A stretch of DNA of 64,000 bases. Source: the human T2T-CHM13v2.0 reference genome, Homo sapiens. The position numbers and the translations under genes were made by a program. This document shows, in pieces, positions 52,931 through 64,000 of the stretch (within the stretch, counting starts at the first letter, position 1; every line of letters begins with the position of its first letter). The notes under the pieces were generated by a model. That model had not been told where the DNA came from. It was given only the letters and a program-made list of their open reading frames with translations, and did not search any database. The stretch lies in NCBI RefSeq assembly GCF_009914755.1, contig NC_060944.1. The stretch is one strand, 5' to 3'.

Positions 52931-55900
52931 TTTCAAAACTGCTCTCTCAAAAGACATGTTCAACTCTGTCAGTTGAGGACACACATCACAAAAATGTTTG
53001 TGAGAATGCTTCTGCCTAGTTTTTATGGGAAGATATTTCCTTTTTCACCATAGGCCTCAAAGCGCTCCAAATGTCCACTTCCAGGGAATGGAAAAAGAGT
53101 GTTTCCAACCTGCTCTACGAAAGCGAATGTTCAACTCCGTGACTTGAATGCAACCATCACAAGGAAGTTTCTGAGAATGCTTCTGTCTAGATTTTATATG
53201 AAGATATTCCCGTTTCCAACGAAATCCTCAAAGCTATCCAAATATCCACTTGGAGATTCTTCAAAAAGAGTTTTTCAAAACTGCTCTATCAAAAGAAAGG
53301 TTCTACTCTGTCAGTTGAGGACACACATCACGAATAAGTTTCTGACAATGCTTCTGTCTAGTTTTTATGGGAAGATATGTCCTTTGTAACATTTGGCCGG
53401 AAAGCGCTCCAAAAGTCCAGTTACAGACACTACAAAGAGAGTGTTTCAAACCTGCTCTGTGAAAGGGAATGTTCAATACTGTGACTTGAATGCAAACATC
53501 ACAAAGAAGTTGCAGAGAATGCTGGTGTCTGCTTTTTATACCTTATCCCGTTTCCAACGAAATCCTCAAATCTAGCCAAATATCCGCTTGCAGACTCCAC
53601 AAAAAGAGTGTTTCAAAACTGTACTGTCAAAAGAAATGTTCAACTCTGTTAGTTGAGGACACACATCAGAGACTAGCTTCTGAGAATGCTTCTGTCTAAT
53701 TGTTACGGGAAGATATTTCCTTTTTCAACATAGGCCTGAAACCGCTTCAAATGTCCGCTTCCAGATACTGCAAAGAGAGTGTTTCAAACCTTCTCTACGA
53801 AAGGGCGTGTTCTCCTCTGTGACGTCAATGCAAACATCCCAAAGAAGTTTCTGAGAATGCTTCTGTCTGGATTTTATCTGAAGGCAATCCCGCTTCCAAC
53901 GAAATCCTCAAAGATATGCAAAAATGCTCCTGCAGATTCTACAAAAAGAGTGTTTCAAAACTGCTCTATGAAAAGAAAGGTTCGACTCTGTTAGTAGAGG
54001 GCACACATCACAAACAAGTTGCCGAGAATGCTTCTGTCTGGTTTTTATGGGAAGATATTTCCTTTTTCAACGCAAGCCTGAATGCACTCCAAATGGACAC
54101 TTCCAGATACGACAAAAGGAGTGTTTCAAAGCTGTTCTATGAAAGGGAACGTTCCATTCTGTGACTTGAATGCAAACATCACCAAGTAGATTCTCAGAAC
54201 GCTGCTGTCTGCTTTTTATATGTATTCCCGTTTCCAAGGAAATCGTCAAAGCCAGCCAAATATCCACTTGCAGGTTCCACAAAAAGAGTGTTTCAAAACT
54301 GCTCTCTCAAAAGACATGTTCAACTCTGTCAGTTGAGGACACACATCACAAAGAAGTTTCTGACAATGCTTCTGTCTAGTTTTTATGGGAAGATATTTCC
54401 TTTTTCACCATAGGCCTCAAAGCGCTCCAAATGTACACTTCCAGGGAATGGAAAAAGAGTGTTTCCCACCTGCTCTATGAAAGCGAATGTTCAACTCCGT
54501 GACTTGAATGCAACCATCCCAAGGAAGTTTCTGAGAATGCTTCTGTCTAGATTTTATATGAAGATATTCCCGTTTCCAACGAAATCCTCAAAGCTATCCA
54601 AATATCCACTTGGAGATTCTACAAAAAGAGTGTTGCAAAACTGCTCTATCAAAAGAAAGGTTCTACTCCGTCAGTTGAGGACACACATCATGAGTAAGTT
54701 TCTGACAATGCTTCTGTCTAGTTTTTATGGGAAGATATGTCCTTTTTCACCTTAGACCGGAAAGCGCTCCAAAAGTCCAGTTACAGACACTACAAAGAGA
54801 GTGTTTGAAACCTGCTCTGTGAAAGGGAATGTTCAATACTGTGACTTGAATGCAAACATCACAAAGAAGTTGCAGAGAATGCTGGTGTCTGCTTTTTATA
54901 CCTTATCCCGTTTCCAACGAAATCCTCAAATCTAGCCAAATATCTGCTTGCAGACTCCACAAAAAGAGTGTTTCAAAACTGTACTGTCAAAAGAAATTTT
55001 CAACTCTGTTAGTTGAGGACACACATCAGAGACTAGCTTCTGAGAATGCTTCTGTCCAGTTGTTACGGGAAGATATTTCCTTTTTCAGAATAGGCCTGAA
55101 ACCGCTTCAAATGTCCACTTCCAGATACTGCAAAGAGAGTGTTTCAAACCTTCTCTACGAAAGGGCATGTTCTCCTCGGTGACGTCAATGCAAACCTCCC
55201 AAAGAAGTTTCTGAGAATGCTTCTGTCTGGATTTTATCTGAAGACAATCCCGTTTCCAACGAAATCCTCAAAGCTATGCAAATATGCTCCTGCAGATTCT
55301 ACAAAAAGAGTGTTTCAAAACTGCTCTATGAAAAGAAAGGTTCGACTATGTTAGTAGAGGGCACACGTCACATACAAGTTGCCGAGAATGGTTCTGTCTG
55401 GTTTTTATGGGAAGATATTTCCTTTTCCAACACAAGCCTGAATTCGCTCCAAATGGACACTTCCAGATACGACAAAAGGAGTGTTTCAAACCTGTTCTGT
55501 GAAAGGGAACGTTCCATTCTGTGACTTGAATGCAAACATCACCAAGTAGTTTCTCAGAACGCTGCTGTCTGCTTTTTATATGTATTCCCGTTTCCAACGA
55601 AATCGTCAAAGCCAGCCAAATATCCACTTGCAGGTTCCACAAAAAGAGTGTTTCAAAACTGCTCTCTCAAAAGACATGTTCAACTCTGTCAGTTGAGGAC
55701 ACACATCACAAAAATGTTTGTGAGAATGCTTCTGCCTAGTTTTTATGGGAAGATATTTCCTTTTTCACCATAGGCCTCAAAGCGCTCCAAATGTCCACTT
55801 CCAGGGAATGGAAAAAGAGTGTTTCCAACCTGCTCTACGAAAGCGAATGTTCAACTCCGTGACTTGAATGCAACCATCACAAGGAAGTTTCTGAGAATGC

Positions 55901-57400
55901 TTCTGTCTAGATTTTATATGAAGATATTCCCGTTTCCAACGAAATCCTCAAAGCTATCCAAATATCCACTTGGAGATTCTTCAAAAAGAGTTTTTCAAAA
56001 CTGCTCTATCAAAAGAAAGGTTCTACTCTGTCAGTTGAGGACACACATCACGAATAAGTTTCTGACAATGCTTCTGTCTAGTTTTTATGGGAAGATATGT
56101 CCTTTGTAACATTTGGCCGGAAAGCGCTCCAAAAGTCCAGTTACAGACACTACAAAGAGAGTGTTTCAAACCTGCTCTGTGAAAGGGAATGTTCAATACT
56201 GTGACTTGAATGCAAACATCACAAAGAAGTTGCAGAGAATGCTGGTGTCTGCTTTTTATACCTTATCCCGTTTCCAACGAAATCCTCAAATCTAGCCAAA
56301 TATCCGCTTGCAGACTCCACAAAAAGAGTGTTTCAAAACTGTACTGTCAAAAGAAATGTTCAACTCTGTTAGTTGAGGACACACATCAGAGACTAGCTTC
56401 TGAGAATGCTTCTGTCTAATTGTTACGGGAAGATATTTCCTTTTTCAACATAGGCCTGAAACCGCTTCAAATGTCCGCTTCCAGATACTGCAAAGAGAGT
56501 GTTTCAAACCTTCTCTACGAAAGGGCGTGTTCTCCTCTGTGACGTCAATGCAAACATCCCAAAGAAGTTTCTGAGAATGCTTCTGTCTGGATTTTATCTG
56601 AAGGCAATCCCGCTTCCAACGAAATCCTCAAAGATATGCAAAAATGCTCCTGCAGATTCTACAAAAAGAGTGTTTCAAAACTGCTCTATGAAAAGAAAGG
56701 TTCGACTCTGTTAGTAGAGGGCACACATCACAAACAAGTTGCCGAGAATGCTTCTGTCTGGTTTTTATGGGAAGATATTTCCTTTTTCAACGCAAGCCTG
56801 AATGCACTCCAAATGGACACTTCCAGATACGACAAAAGGAGTGTTTCAAAGCTGTTCTATGAAAGGGAACGTTCCATTCTGTGACTTGAATGCAAACATC
56901 ACCAAGTAGATTCTCAGAACGCTGCTGTCTGCTTTTTATATGTATTCCCGTTTCCAAGGAAATCGTCAAAGCCAGCCAAATATCCACTTGCAGGTTCCAC
57001 AGAAAGAGTGTTTCAAAACTGCTCTCTCAAAAGACATGTTCAACTCTGTCAGTTGAGGACACACATCACAAAGAAGTTTCTGACAATGCTTCTGTCTAGT
57101 TTTTATGGGAAGATATTTCCTTTTTCACCATAGGCCTCAAAGCGCTCCAAATGTACACTTCCAGGGAATGGAAAAAGAGTGTTTCCAACCTGCTCTATGA
57201 AAGCGAATGTTCAACTCCGTGACTTGAATGCAACCATCCCAAGGAAGTTTCTGAGAATGCTTCTGTCTAGATTTTATATGAAGATATTCCCGTTTCCAAC
57301 GAAATCCTCAAAGCTATCCAAATATCCACTTGGAGATTCTACAAAAAGAGTGTTGCAAAACTGCTCTATCAAAAGAAAGGTTCTACTCCGTCAGTTGAGG
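49000..57400. repeat. Alternating two-HOR (16-mer, 2720 bp) repeat, about 3 copies
   Basis: P-type units (gtgttgcaaa, cacgtcacatac, gaattc at 50000, 52720, 55440) alternate with Q-type units (ttcttcaaaaagagttttt, gaaggcaatcccgcttcc at about 51160, 53880, 56600). Confidence 0.9.
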
Positions 57401-60400
57401 ACACACATCACGAGTAAGTTTCTGACAATGCTTCTGTCTAGTTTTTATGGGAAGATATGTCCTTTTTCACCTTTGGCCGGAAAGCGCTCCAAAAGTCCAG
57501 TTACAGACACTACAAAGAGAGTGTTTCAAACCTGCTCTGTGAAAGGGAATGTTCAATACTGTGACTTGAATGCAAACATCACAAAGAAGTTGCAGAGAAT
57601 GCTGGTGTCTGCTTTTTATACCTTATCCCCTTTCCAACGAAATCCTCAAATCTAGCCAAATATCCGCTTGCAGACTCCACAAAAAGAGTGTTTCAAAACT
57701 GTACTGTCAAAAGAAATGTTCAACTCTGTTAGTTGAGGACACACATCAGAGACTAGCTTCTGAGAATGCTTCTGTCTAGTTGTTACGGGAAGATATTTCC
57801 TTTTTCAACATAGGCCTGAAACCGCTTCAAATGTCCGCTTCCTGATACTGCAAAGAGAGTGTTTCAAACCTTCTCTACGAAAGGGCATGTTCTCCTCTGT
57901 GACGTCAATGCAAACATCCCAAAGAAGTTTCTGAGAATGCTTCTGTCTGGATTTTATCTGAAGGCAATCCCGCTTCCAACGAAATCCTCAAAGATATGCA
58001 AAAATGCTCCTGCAGATTCTACAAAAAGAGTGTTTCAAAACTGCTCTATGAAAAGAAAGGTTCGACTCTGTTAGTAGAGGGCACACATCACAAACAAGTT
58101 GCCGAGAATGCTTCTGTCTGGTTTTTATGGGAAGATATTTCCTTTTTCTACGCAAGCCTGAATGCACTCCAAATGGACACTTCCAGATACGACAAAAGGA
58201 GTGTTTCAAAGCTGTTCTATGAAAGGGAACGTTCCATTCTGTGACTTGAATGCAAACATCACCAAGTAGATTCTCAGAACGCTGCTGTCTGCTTTTTATA
58301 TGTATTCCCGTTTCCAAGGAAATCGTCAAAGCCAGCCAAATATCCACTTGCAGGTTCCACAAAAAGAGTGTTTCAAAACTGCTCTCTCAAAAGACATGTT
58401 CAACTCTGTCAGTTGAGGACACACTTCACAAAGAAGTTTCTGACAATGCTTCTGTCTAGTTTTTATGGGAAGATATTTCCTTTTTCAACATAGGCCTCAA
58501 AGCGCTCCAAATGTACACTTCCAGGGAATGGAAAAAGAGTGTTTCCAACCTGCTCTATGAAAGCGAATGTTCAACTCCGTGACTTGAATGCAACCATCCC
58601 AAGGAAGTTTCTGAGAATGCTTCTGTCTAGATTTTATATGAAGATATTCCCGTTTCCAACGAAATCCTCAAAGCTATCCAAATATCCACTTGGAGATTCT
58701 ACAAAAAGAGTGTTTCAAAACTGCTCTATCAAAAGAAAGGTTCTACTCCGTCAGTTGAGGACACACATCACGAGTAAGTTTCTGACAATGCTTCTGTCTA
58801 GTTTTTATGGGAAGATATGTCCTTTTTCACCTTTGGCCGGAAAGCGCTCCAAAAGTCCAGTTACAGACACTACAAAGAGAGTGTTTCAAACCTGCTCTGT
58901 GAAAGGGAATGTTCAATACTGTGACTTGAATGCAAACATCACAAAGAAGTTGCAGAGAATGCTGGTGTCTGCTTTTTATACCTTATCCCCTTTCCAACGA
59001 AATCCTCAAATCTAGCCAAATATCCGCTTGCAGACTCCACAAAAAAGTGTTTCAAAACTGTACTGTCAAAAGAAATGTTCAACTCTGTTAGTTGAGGACA
59101 CACATCAGAGACTAGCTTCTGAGAATGCTTCTGTCCAGTTGTTACGGGAAGATATTTCCTTTTTCAGAATAGGCCTGAAACCGCTTCAAGTGTACACTTC
59201 CAGATACTGCAAAGAGAGTGTTTCAAACTTTCTCTACGAAAGGGCATGTTCTCCTCTGTGACGTCAAAGCAAACATCCCAAAGAAGTTTCTGAGAATGCT
59301 TCTGTCTGGATTTTATCTGAAGACAATCCCGTTTCCAACGAAATCCTCAAAGATATGCAAAAATGCTCCTGCAGATTCTACAAAAAGAGTGTTTCAAAAC
59401 TGCTCTATGAAAAGAAAGGTTCGACTCTGTTAGTAGAGGGCACACATCACAAACAAGTTGCCGAGAATGCTTCTGTCTGGTTTTTATGGGAAGATATTTC
59501 CTTTTTCAACGCAAGCCTGAATGCGCTCCAAATGGACACTTCCAGATACGACAAAAGGAGTGATTCAAAGCTGTTCTATGAAAGGGAACGTTCCATTCTG
59601 TGACTTGAATGCAAACATCACCAAGTAGTTTCTCAGAACGCTGCTGTCTGCTTTTTATATGTATTCCCGTGTCCAAGGAAATCGTCAAAGCCAGCCAAAT
59701 ATCCACTTGCAGGTTCCACAAAAAGAGTGTTTCAAAACTGCTCTCTCAAAAGACATGTTCAACTCTGTCAGTTGAGGACACACATCACAAAGAAGTTTCT
59801 GAGAATGCTTCTGTCTAGTTTTTATGGGAAGATATTTCCTTTTTCACCATAGGCCTCAAAGCGCTCCAAATGTCCACTTCCAGGAATGGAAAAAGAGTGT
59901 TTCCAACCTGCTCTATGAAAGCGAATGTTCAACTCCGTGACTTGAATGCAACCATCACAAGGAAGTTTCTGAGAATGCTTCTGTCTAGATTTTATATGAA
60001 GATATTCCCGTTTCCAACGAAATCCTCAAAGCTATCCAAATATCCACTTGGAGATTCTACAAAAAGAGTGTTTCAAAACTGCTCTATCAAAAGAAAGGTT
60101 CTACTCCGTCAGTTGAGGACACACATCACGAGTAAGTTTCTGACAATGCTTCTGTCCAGTTTTTATGGGAAGATATGTCCTTTTTCACCTTTGGCCGGAA
60201 AGCGCTCCAAAAGTCCAGTTACAGACACTACAAAGAGAGTGTATTCAACCTGCTCTGTGAAAGGGAATGTTCAATACTGTGACTTGAATGCAAACATCAC
60301 AAAGAAGTTGCAGAGAATGCTGGTGTCTGCTTTTTATACCTTATCCCCTTTCCAACGAAATCCTCAAATCTAGCCAAATATCCGCTTGCAGACTCCACAA

Positions 60401-63400
60401 AAAAGTGTTTCAAAACTGTACTGTCAAAAGAAATGTTCAACTCTGTTAGTTGAGGACACACATCAGAGACTAGCTTCTGAGAATGCTTCTGTCCAGTTGT
60501 TACGGGAAGATATTTCCTTTTTCAGAATAGGCCTGAAACCGCTTCAAATGTACACTTCCAGATACTGCAAAGAGAGTGTTTCAAACCTTCTCTACGAAAG
60601 GGCATGTTCTCCTCTGTGACGTCAATGCAAACATCCCAAAGAAGTTTCTGAGAATGCTTCTGTCTGGATTTTATCTGAAGACAATCCCGTTTCCAACGAA
60701 ATCCTCAAAGATATGCAAAAATGCTCCTGCAGATTCTACAAAAAGAGTGTTTCAAAACTGCTCTATGAAAAGAAAGGTTCGACTCTGTTAGTAGAGGGCA
60801 CACATCACAAACAAGTTGCCGAGAATGCTTCTGTCTGGTTTTTATGGGAAGATATTTCCTTTTTCAACGCAAGCCTGAATGCGCTCCAAATGGACACTTC
60901 CAGATACGACAAAAGGAGTGATTCAAAGCTGTTCTATAAAAGGAACGTTCCATTCTGTGACTTGAATGCAAACATCACCAAGTAGTTTCTCAGAACGCTG
61001 CTGTCTGCTTTTTATATGTATTCCCGTGTCCAAGGAAATCGTCAAAGCCAGCCAAATATCCACTTGCAGGTTCCACAAAAAGAGTGTTTCAAAACTGCTC
61101 TCTCAAAAGACATGTTCAACTCTGTCAGTTGAGGACACACATCACAAAGAAGTTTGTGAGAATGCTTCTGCCTAGTTTTTATGGGAAGATATTTCCTTTT
61201 TCACCATAGGCCTCAAAGCGCTCCAAATGTCCACTTCCAGGGAATGGAAAAAGAGTGTTTCCAACCTGCTCTATGAAAGCGAATGTTCAACTCCGTGACT
61301 TGAATGCAACCATCACAAGGAAGTTTCTGAGAATGCTTCTGTCTAGATTTTATATGAAGATATTCCCGTTTCCAACGAAATCCTCATAGCTATGCAAATA
61401 TCCACTTGGAGATTCTACAAAAAGAGTGTTTCAAAAGTGCTCTATCAAAAGAAATGTTCTACTCCGTCAGGTGAGGACACAAATCACGAGTAAGTTTCTG
61501 ACAATGCTTCTGTCTAGTTTTTATGGGAAGATATGTCCTTTTTCACCTTAGGCCGGAAAGCGCTCCAAAAGTCCAGTTACAGACACTACAAAAAGAGTGT
61601 TTCAAACCTACCCTGTGAAAGGGAATGTTCAATACTGTGACTTGAATGCAAACATCACAAAGAAGTTGCTGAGAATGCTGCTGTCTGCTTTTTATACCTT
61701 ATCCCGTTTCCAACGAAATCCTCAAATCTAGCCAAATATCCACTTGCAGACTCCACAAAAACAGTGTTTCAAAACTGTACTGTCAAAAGAAATGTTCAAC
61801 TCTGTTTGTTGAGGACACACATCAGAGACTAGCTTCTGAGAATGCTTCTGTCCAGTTGTTACGGGAAGATATTTCCTTTTTCAGAATAGGCCTGAAACCG
61901 CTTCAAATGTACACTTCCAGATACTGCAAAGAGAGTGTTTCAAACCTTCTCTACGAAAGGGCATGTTCTCCTCTGTGACGTCAATGCAAACATCCCAAAG
62001 AAGTTTCTGAGAATGCTTCTGTCTGGATTTTATCTGAAGACAATCCCGTTTCCAACGAAATCCTCAAAGATATGCAAATATGCTCCTGCAGATTCTAAAA
62101 AAGAGTGTTTCAAAACTGCTCTATGAAAAGAAAGGTTCGACTCTGTTAGTAGAGGGCACACATCACAAACAAGTTGCCGAGAATGCTTCTGTCTGGTTTT
62201 TATGGGAAGATATGTCCTTTTTCAACCAAGCCTGAATGCGCTCCAAATGGACACTTCCAGATACGACAAAAGGAGTGATTCAAAGCTGTTCTATGAAAGG
62301 GAACGTTCCATTCTGTGACTTGAATGCAAACATCACCAAGTAGTTTCTCAGAACGCTGCTGTCTGCTTTTTATATGTATTCCCGTGTCCAAGGAAATCGT
62401 CAAAGCCAGCCAAATATCCACTTGCAGGTTCCACAAAAAGAGTGTTTCAAAACTGCTCTCTCAAAAGACATGTTCAACTCTGTCAGTTGAGGACACACAT
62501 CACAAAGAAGTTTCTGAGAATGCTTCTGTCTAGTTTTTATGGGAAGATATTTCCTTTTTCACCATAGGCCTCAAAGCGCTCCAAATGTCCACTTCCAGGG
62601 AATGGAAAAAGAGTGTTTCCAACCTGCTCTATGAAAGCGAATGTTCAACTCCGTGACTTGAATGCAACCATCACAAGGAAGTTTCTGAGAATGCTTCTGT
62701 CTAGATTTTATATGAAGATATTCCCGTTTCCAACGAAATCCTCAAAGCTATCCAAATATCCACTTGGAGATTCTACAAAAAGAGTGTTTCAAAACTGCTC
62801 TATCAAAAGAAAGGTTCTACTCCGTCAGTTGAGGACACACATCACGAGTAAGTTTCTGACAATGCTTCTGTCTAGTTTTTATGGGAAGATATGTCCTTTT
62901 TCACCTTTGGCCGGAAAGCGCTCCAAAAGTCCAGTTACAGACACTACAAAGAGAGTGTTTCAAACCTGCTCTGTGAAAGGGAATGTTCAATACTGTGACT
63001 TGAATGCAAACATCACAAAGAAGTTGCAGAGAATGCTGGTGTCTGCTTTTTATACCTTATCCCGTTTCCAACGAAATCCTCCAATCTATCCGAATATCCG
63101 CTTGCAGACTCCACAAAAAGAGTGTTTCAAAACTGTACTGTCAAAAGAAATGTTCAACTCTGTTAGTTGAGGACACACATCAGAGACTAGCTTCTGAGAA
63201 TGCTTCTGTCCAGTTGTTACGTGAAGATATTTCCTTTTTCAACATAGTCCTGAAACCGCTTCAAATGTCCACTTCCAGATACTGCAAAGAGAGTGTTTCA
63301 AACCGTCTCTACGAAAGGGCATGTTCTCCTCTGTGACGTCAATGCAAACATCCCAAAGAAGTTTCTGAGAATGCTTCTGTCTGGATTTTATCTGAAGACA

Positions 63401-64000
63401 ATCCCGTTTCCAACGAAATCCTCAAAGATATGCAAAAATGCTCCTGCAGATTCTACAAAAAGAGTGTTTCAAAACTGCTCTATGAAAAGAAAAGTTCGAC
63501 TCTGTTAGTAGAGGGCACACATCACAAACAAGTTGCCGAGAATGCTTCTGTCTGGTTTTTATGGGAAGATATTTCCTTTTTCAACGCAAGCCTGAATGCG
63601 CTCCAAATGGACACTTCCAGATACGACAAAAGGAGTGATTCAAAGCTGTTCTATAAAGGGGAACGTTCCATTCTGTGACTTGAATGCAAACATCACCAAG
63701 TAGTTTCTCAGAACGCTGCTGTCTGCTTTTTATATGTATTCCCGTGTCCAAGGAAATCGTCAAAGCCAGCCAAATATCCACTTGCAGGTTCCACAAAAAG
63801 AGTGTTTCAAAACTGCTCTCTCAAAAGACATGTTCAACTCTGTCAGTTGAGGACACACATCACAAAGAAGTTTCTGAGAATGCTTCTGTCTAGTTTTTAT
63901 GGGAAGATATTTCCTTTTTCATCATAGGCCTCAAAGCGCTCCAAATGTCCACTTCCAGGGAATGGAAAAAGAGTGTTTCCAACCTGCTCTATGAAAGCGA

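Larger units (their letters stand above)
1..64000 (-). repeat. Alpha-satellite higher-order repeat array (centromeric), about 47 copies of an 8-mer HOR of about 1360 bp, dimeric A/B organisation, probably suprachromosomal family 2
   Basis: About 171-bp monomers carry canonical alphoid motifs (ttctgagaatgcttctgtct, aaaagagtgtttcaaaactgctct, gtgacttgaatgcaaacatcacaaagaag). The anchor gtgtttccaacctgctctatgaaagc recurs at 70, 1430, 2790, 4149, 5509, 6869, 8229 and onward to 62613, with a period of 1358-1361 bp. CENP-B boxes occur in every second monomer. The GCATTCTCAG/XbaI-type context fits SF2 rather than the EcoRI-type SF1 dimer. Confidence 0.98.

Noticed and set aside
70-63893. Hundreds of 60-185 aa ORFs on both strands
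   Set aside because: They recur with the satellite period, overlap in several frames, and are opened or closed at random by SNVs and indels. They are typical translated alpha-satellite with no recognisable domain.
1-64000. CRISPR-like regularly spaced repeats
   Set aside because: There are no unique spacers and no cas genes; the entire sequence is tandem 171-bp monomers.
1-64000. LINE, Alu or other insertion, or an inversion
   Set aside because: The HOR anchor spacing never departs from 1358-1361 bp and all CENP-B boxes lie on the same strand.
1-64000. Claim that this is the kinetochore-forming (CENP-A) domain
   Set aside because: This is determined epigenetically. Sequence shows only a competent-type HOR, and the heterogeneity among copies could equally indicate an older, peripheral part of the array.

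Overview
The whole 64 kb window is one uninterrupted, single-orientation array of primate (human-type) centromeric alpha-satellite DNA. It holds about 47 head-to-tail copies of an 8-monomer higher-order repeat (HOR) of about 1360 bp. Monomers alternate between pJalpha-type (A) and CENP-B-box-type (B), with boxes reading on the minus strand. The motifs fit dimeric suprachromosomal family 2 (D1/D2). A chromosome 2/18/20-related 8/16-mer such as D20Z2 is my tentative guess; I cannot verify it here. I see no credible genes, RNA genes, transposons, CRISPR arrays or inversions, and all listed ORFs are satellite artefacts. I found no new gene system. The interesting content is the hidden architecture revealed by tracking shared SNVs and indels between HOR copies. 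It includes a 6/7-HOR super-repeat (8159 and 9518 bp) at 1-21.9 kb with a deletion junction mapped to about 40 bp, and a haplotype-domain switch near 29-32 kb. It also includes a 5-HOR (6798 bp) tandem duplication, a nascent 16-mer (2720 bp) expansion, long-range haplotype sharing over 12-28.5 kb, position-specific erosion of one of the four CENP-B boxes, and a perfect CRE palindrome in nearly every HOR. All counts were made by eye and need computational confirmation.
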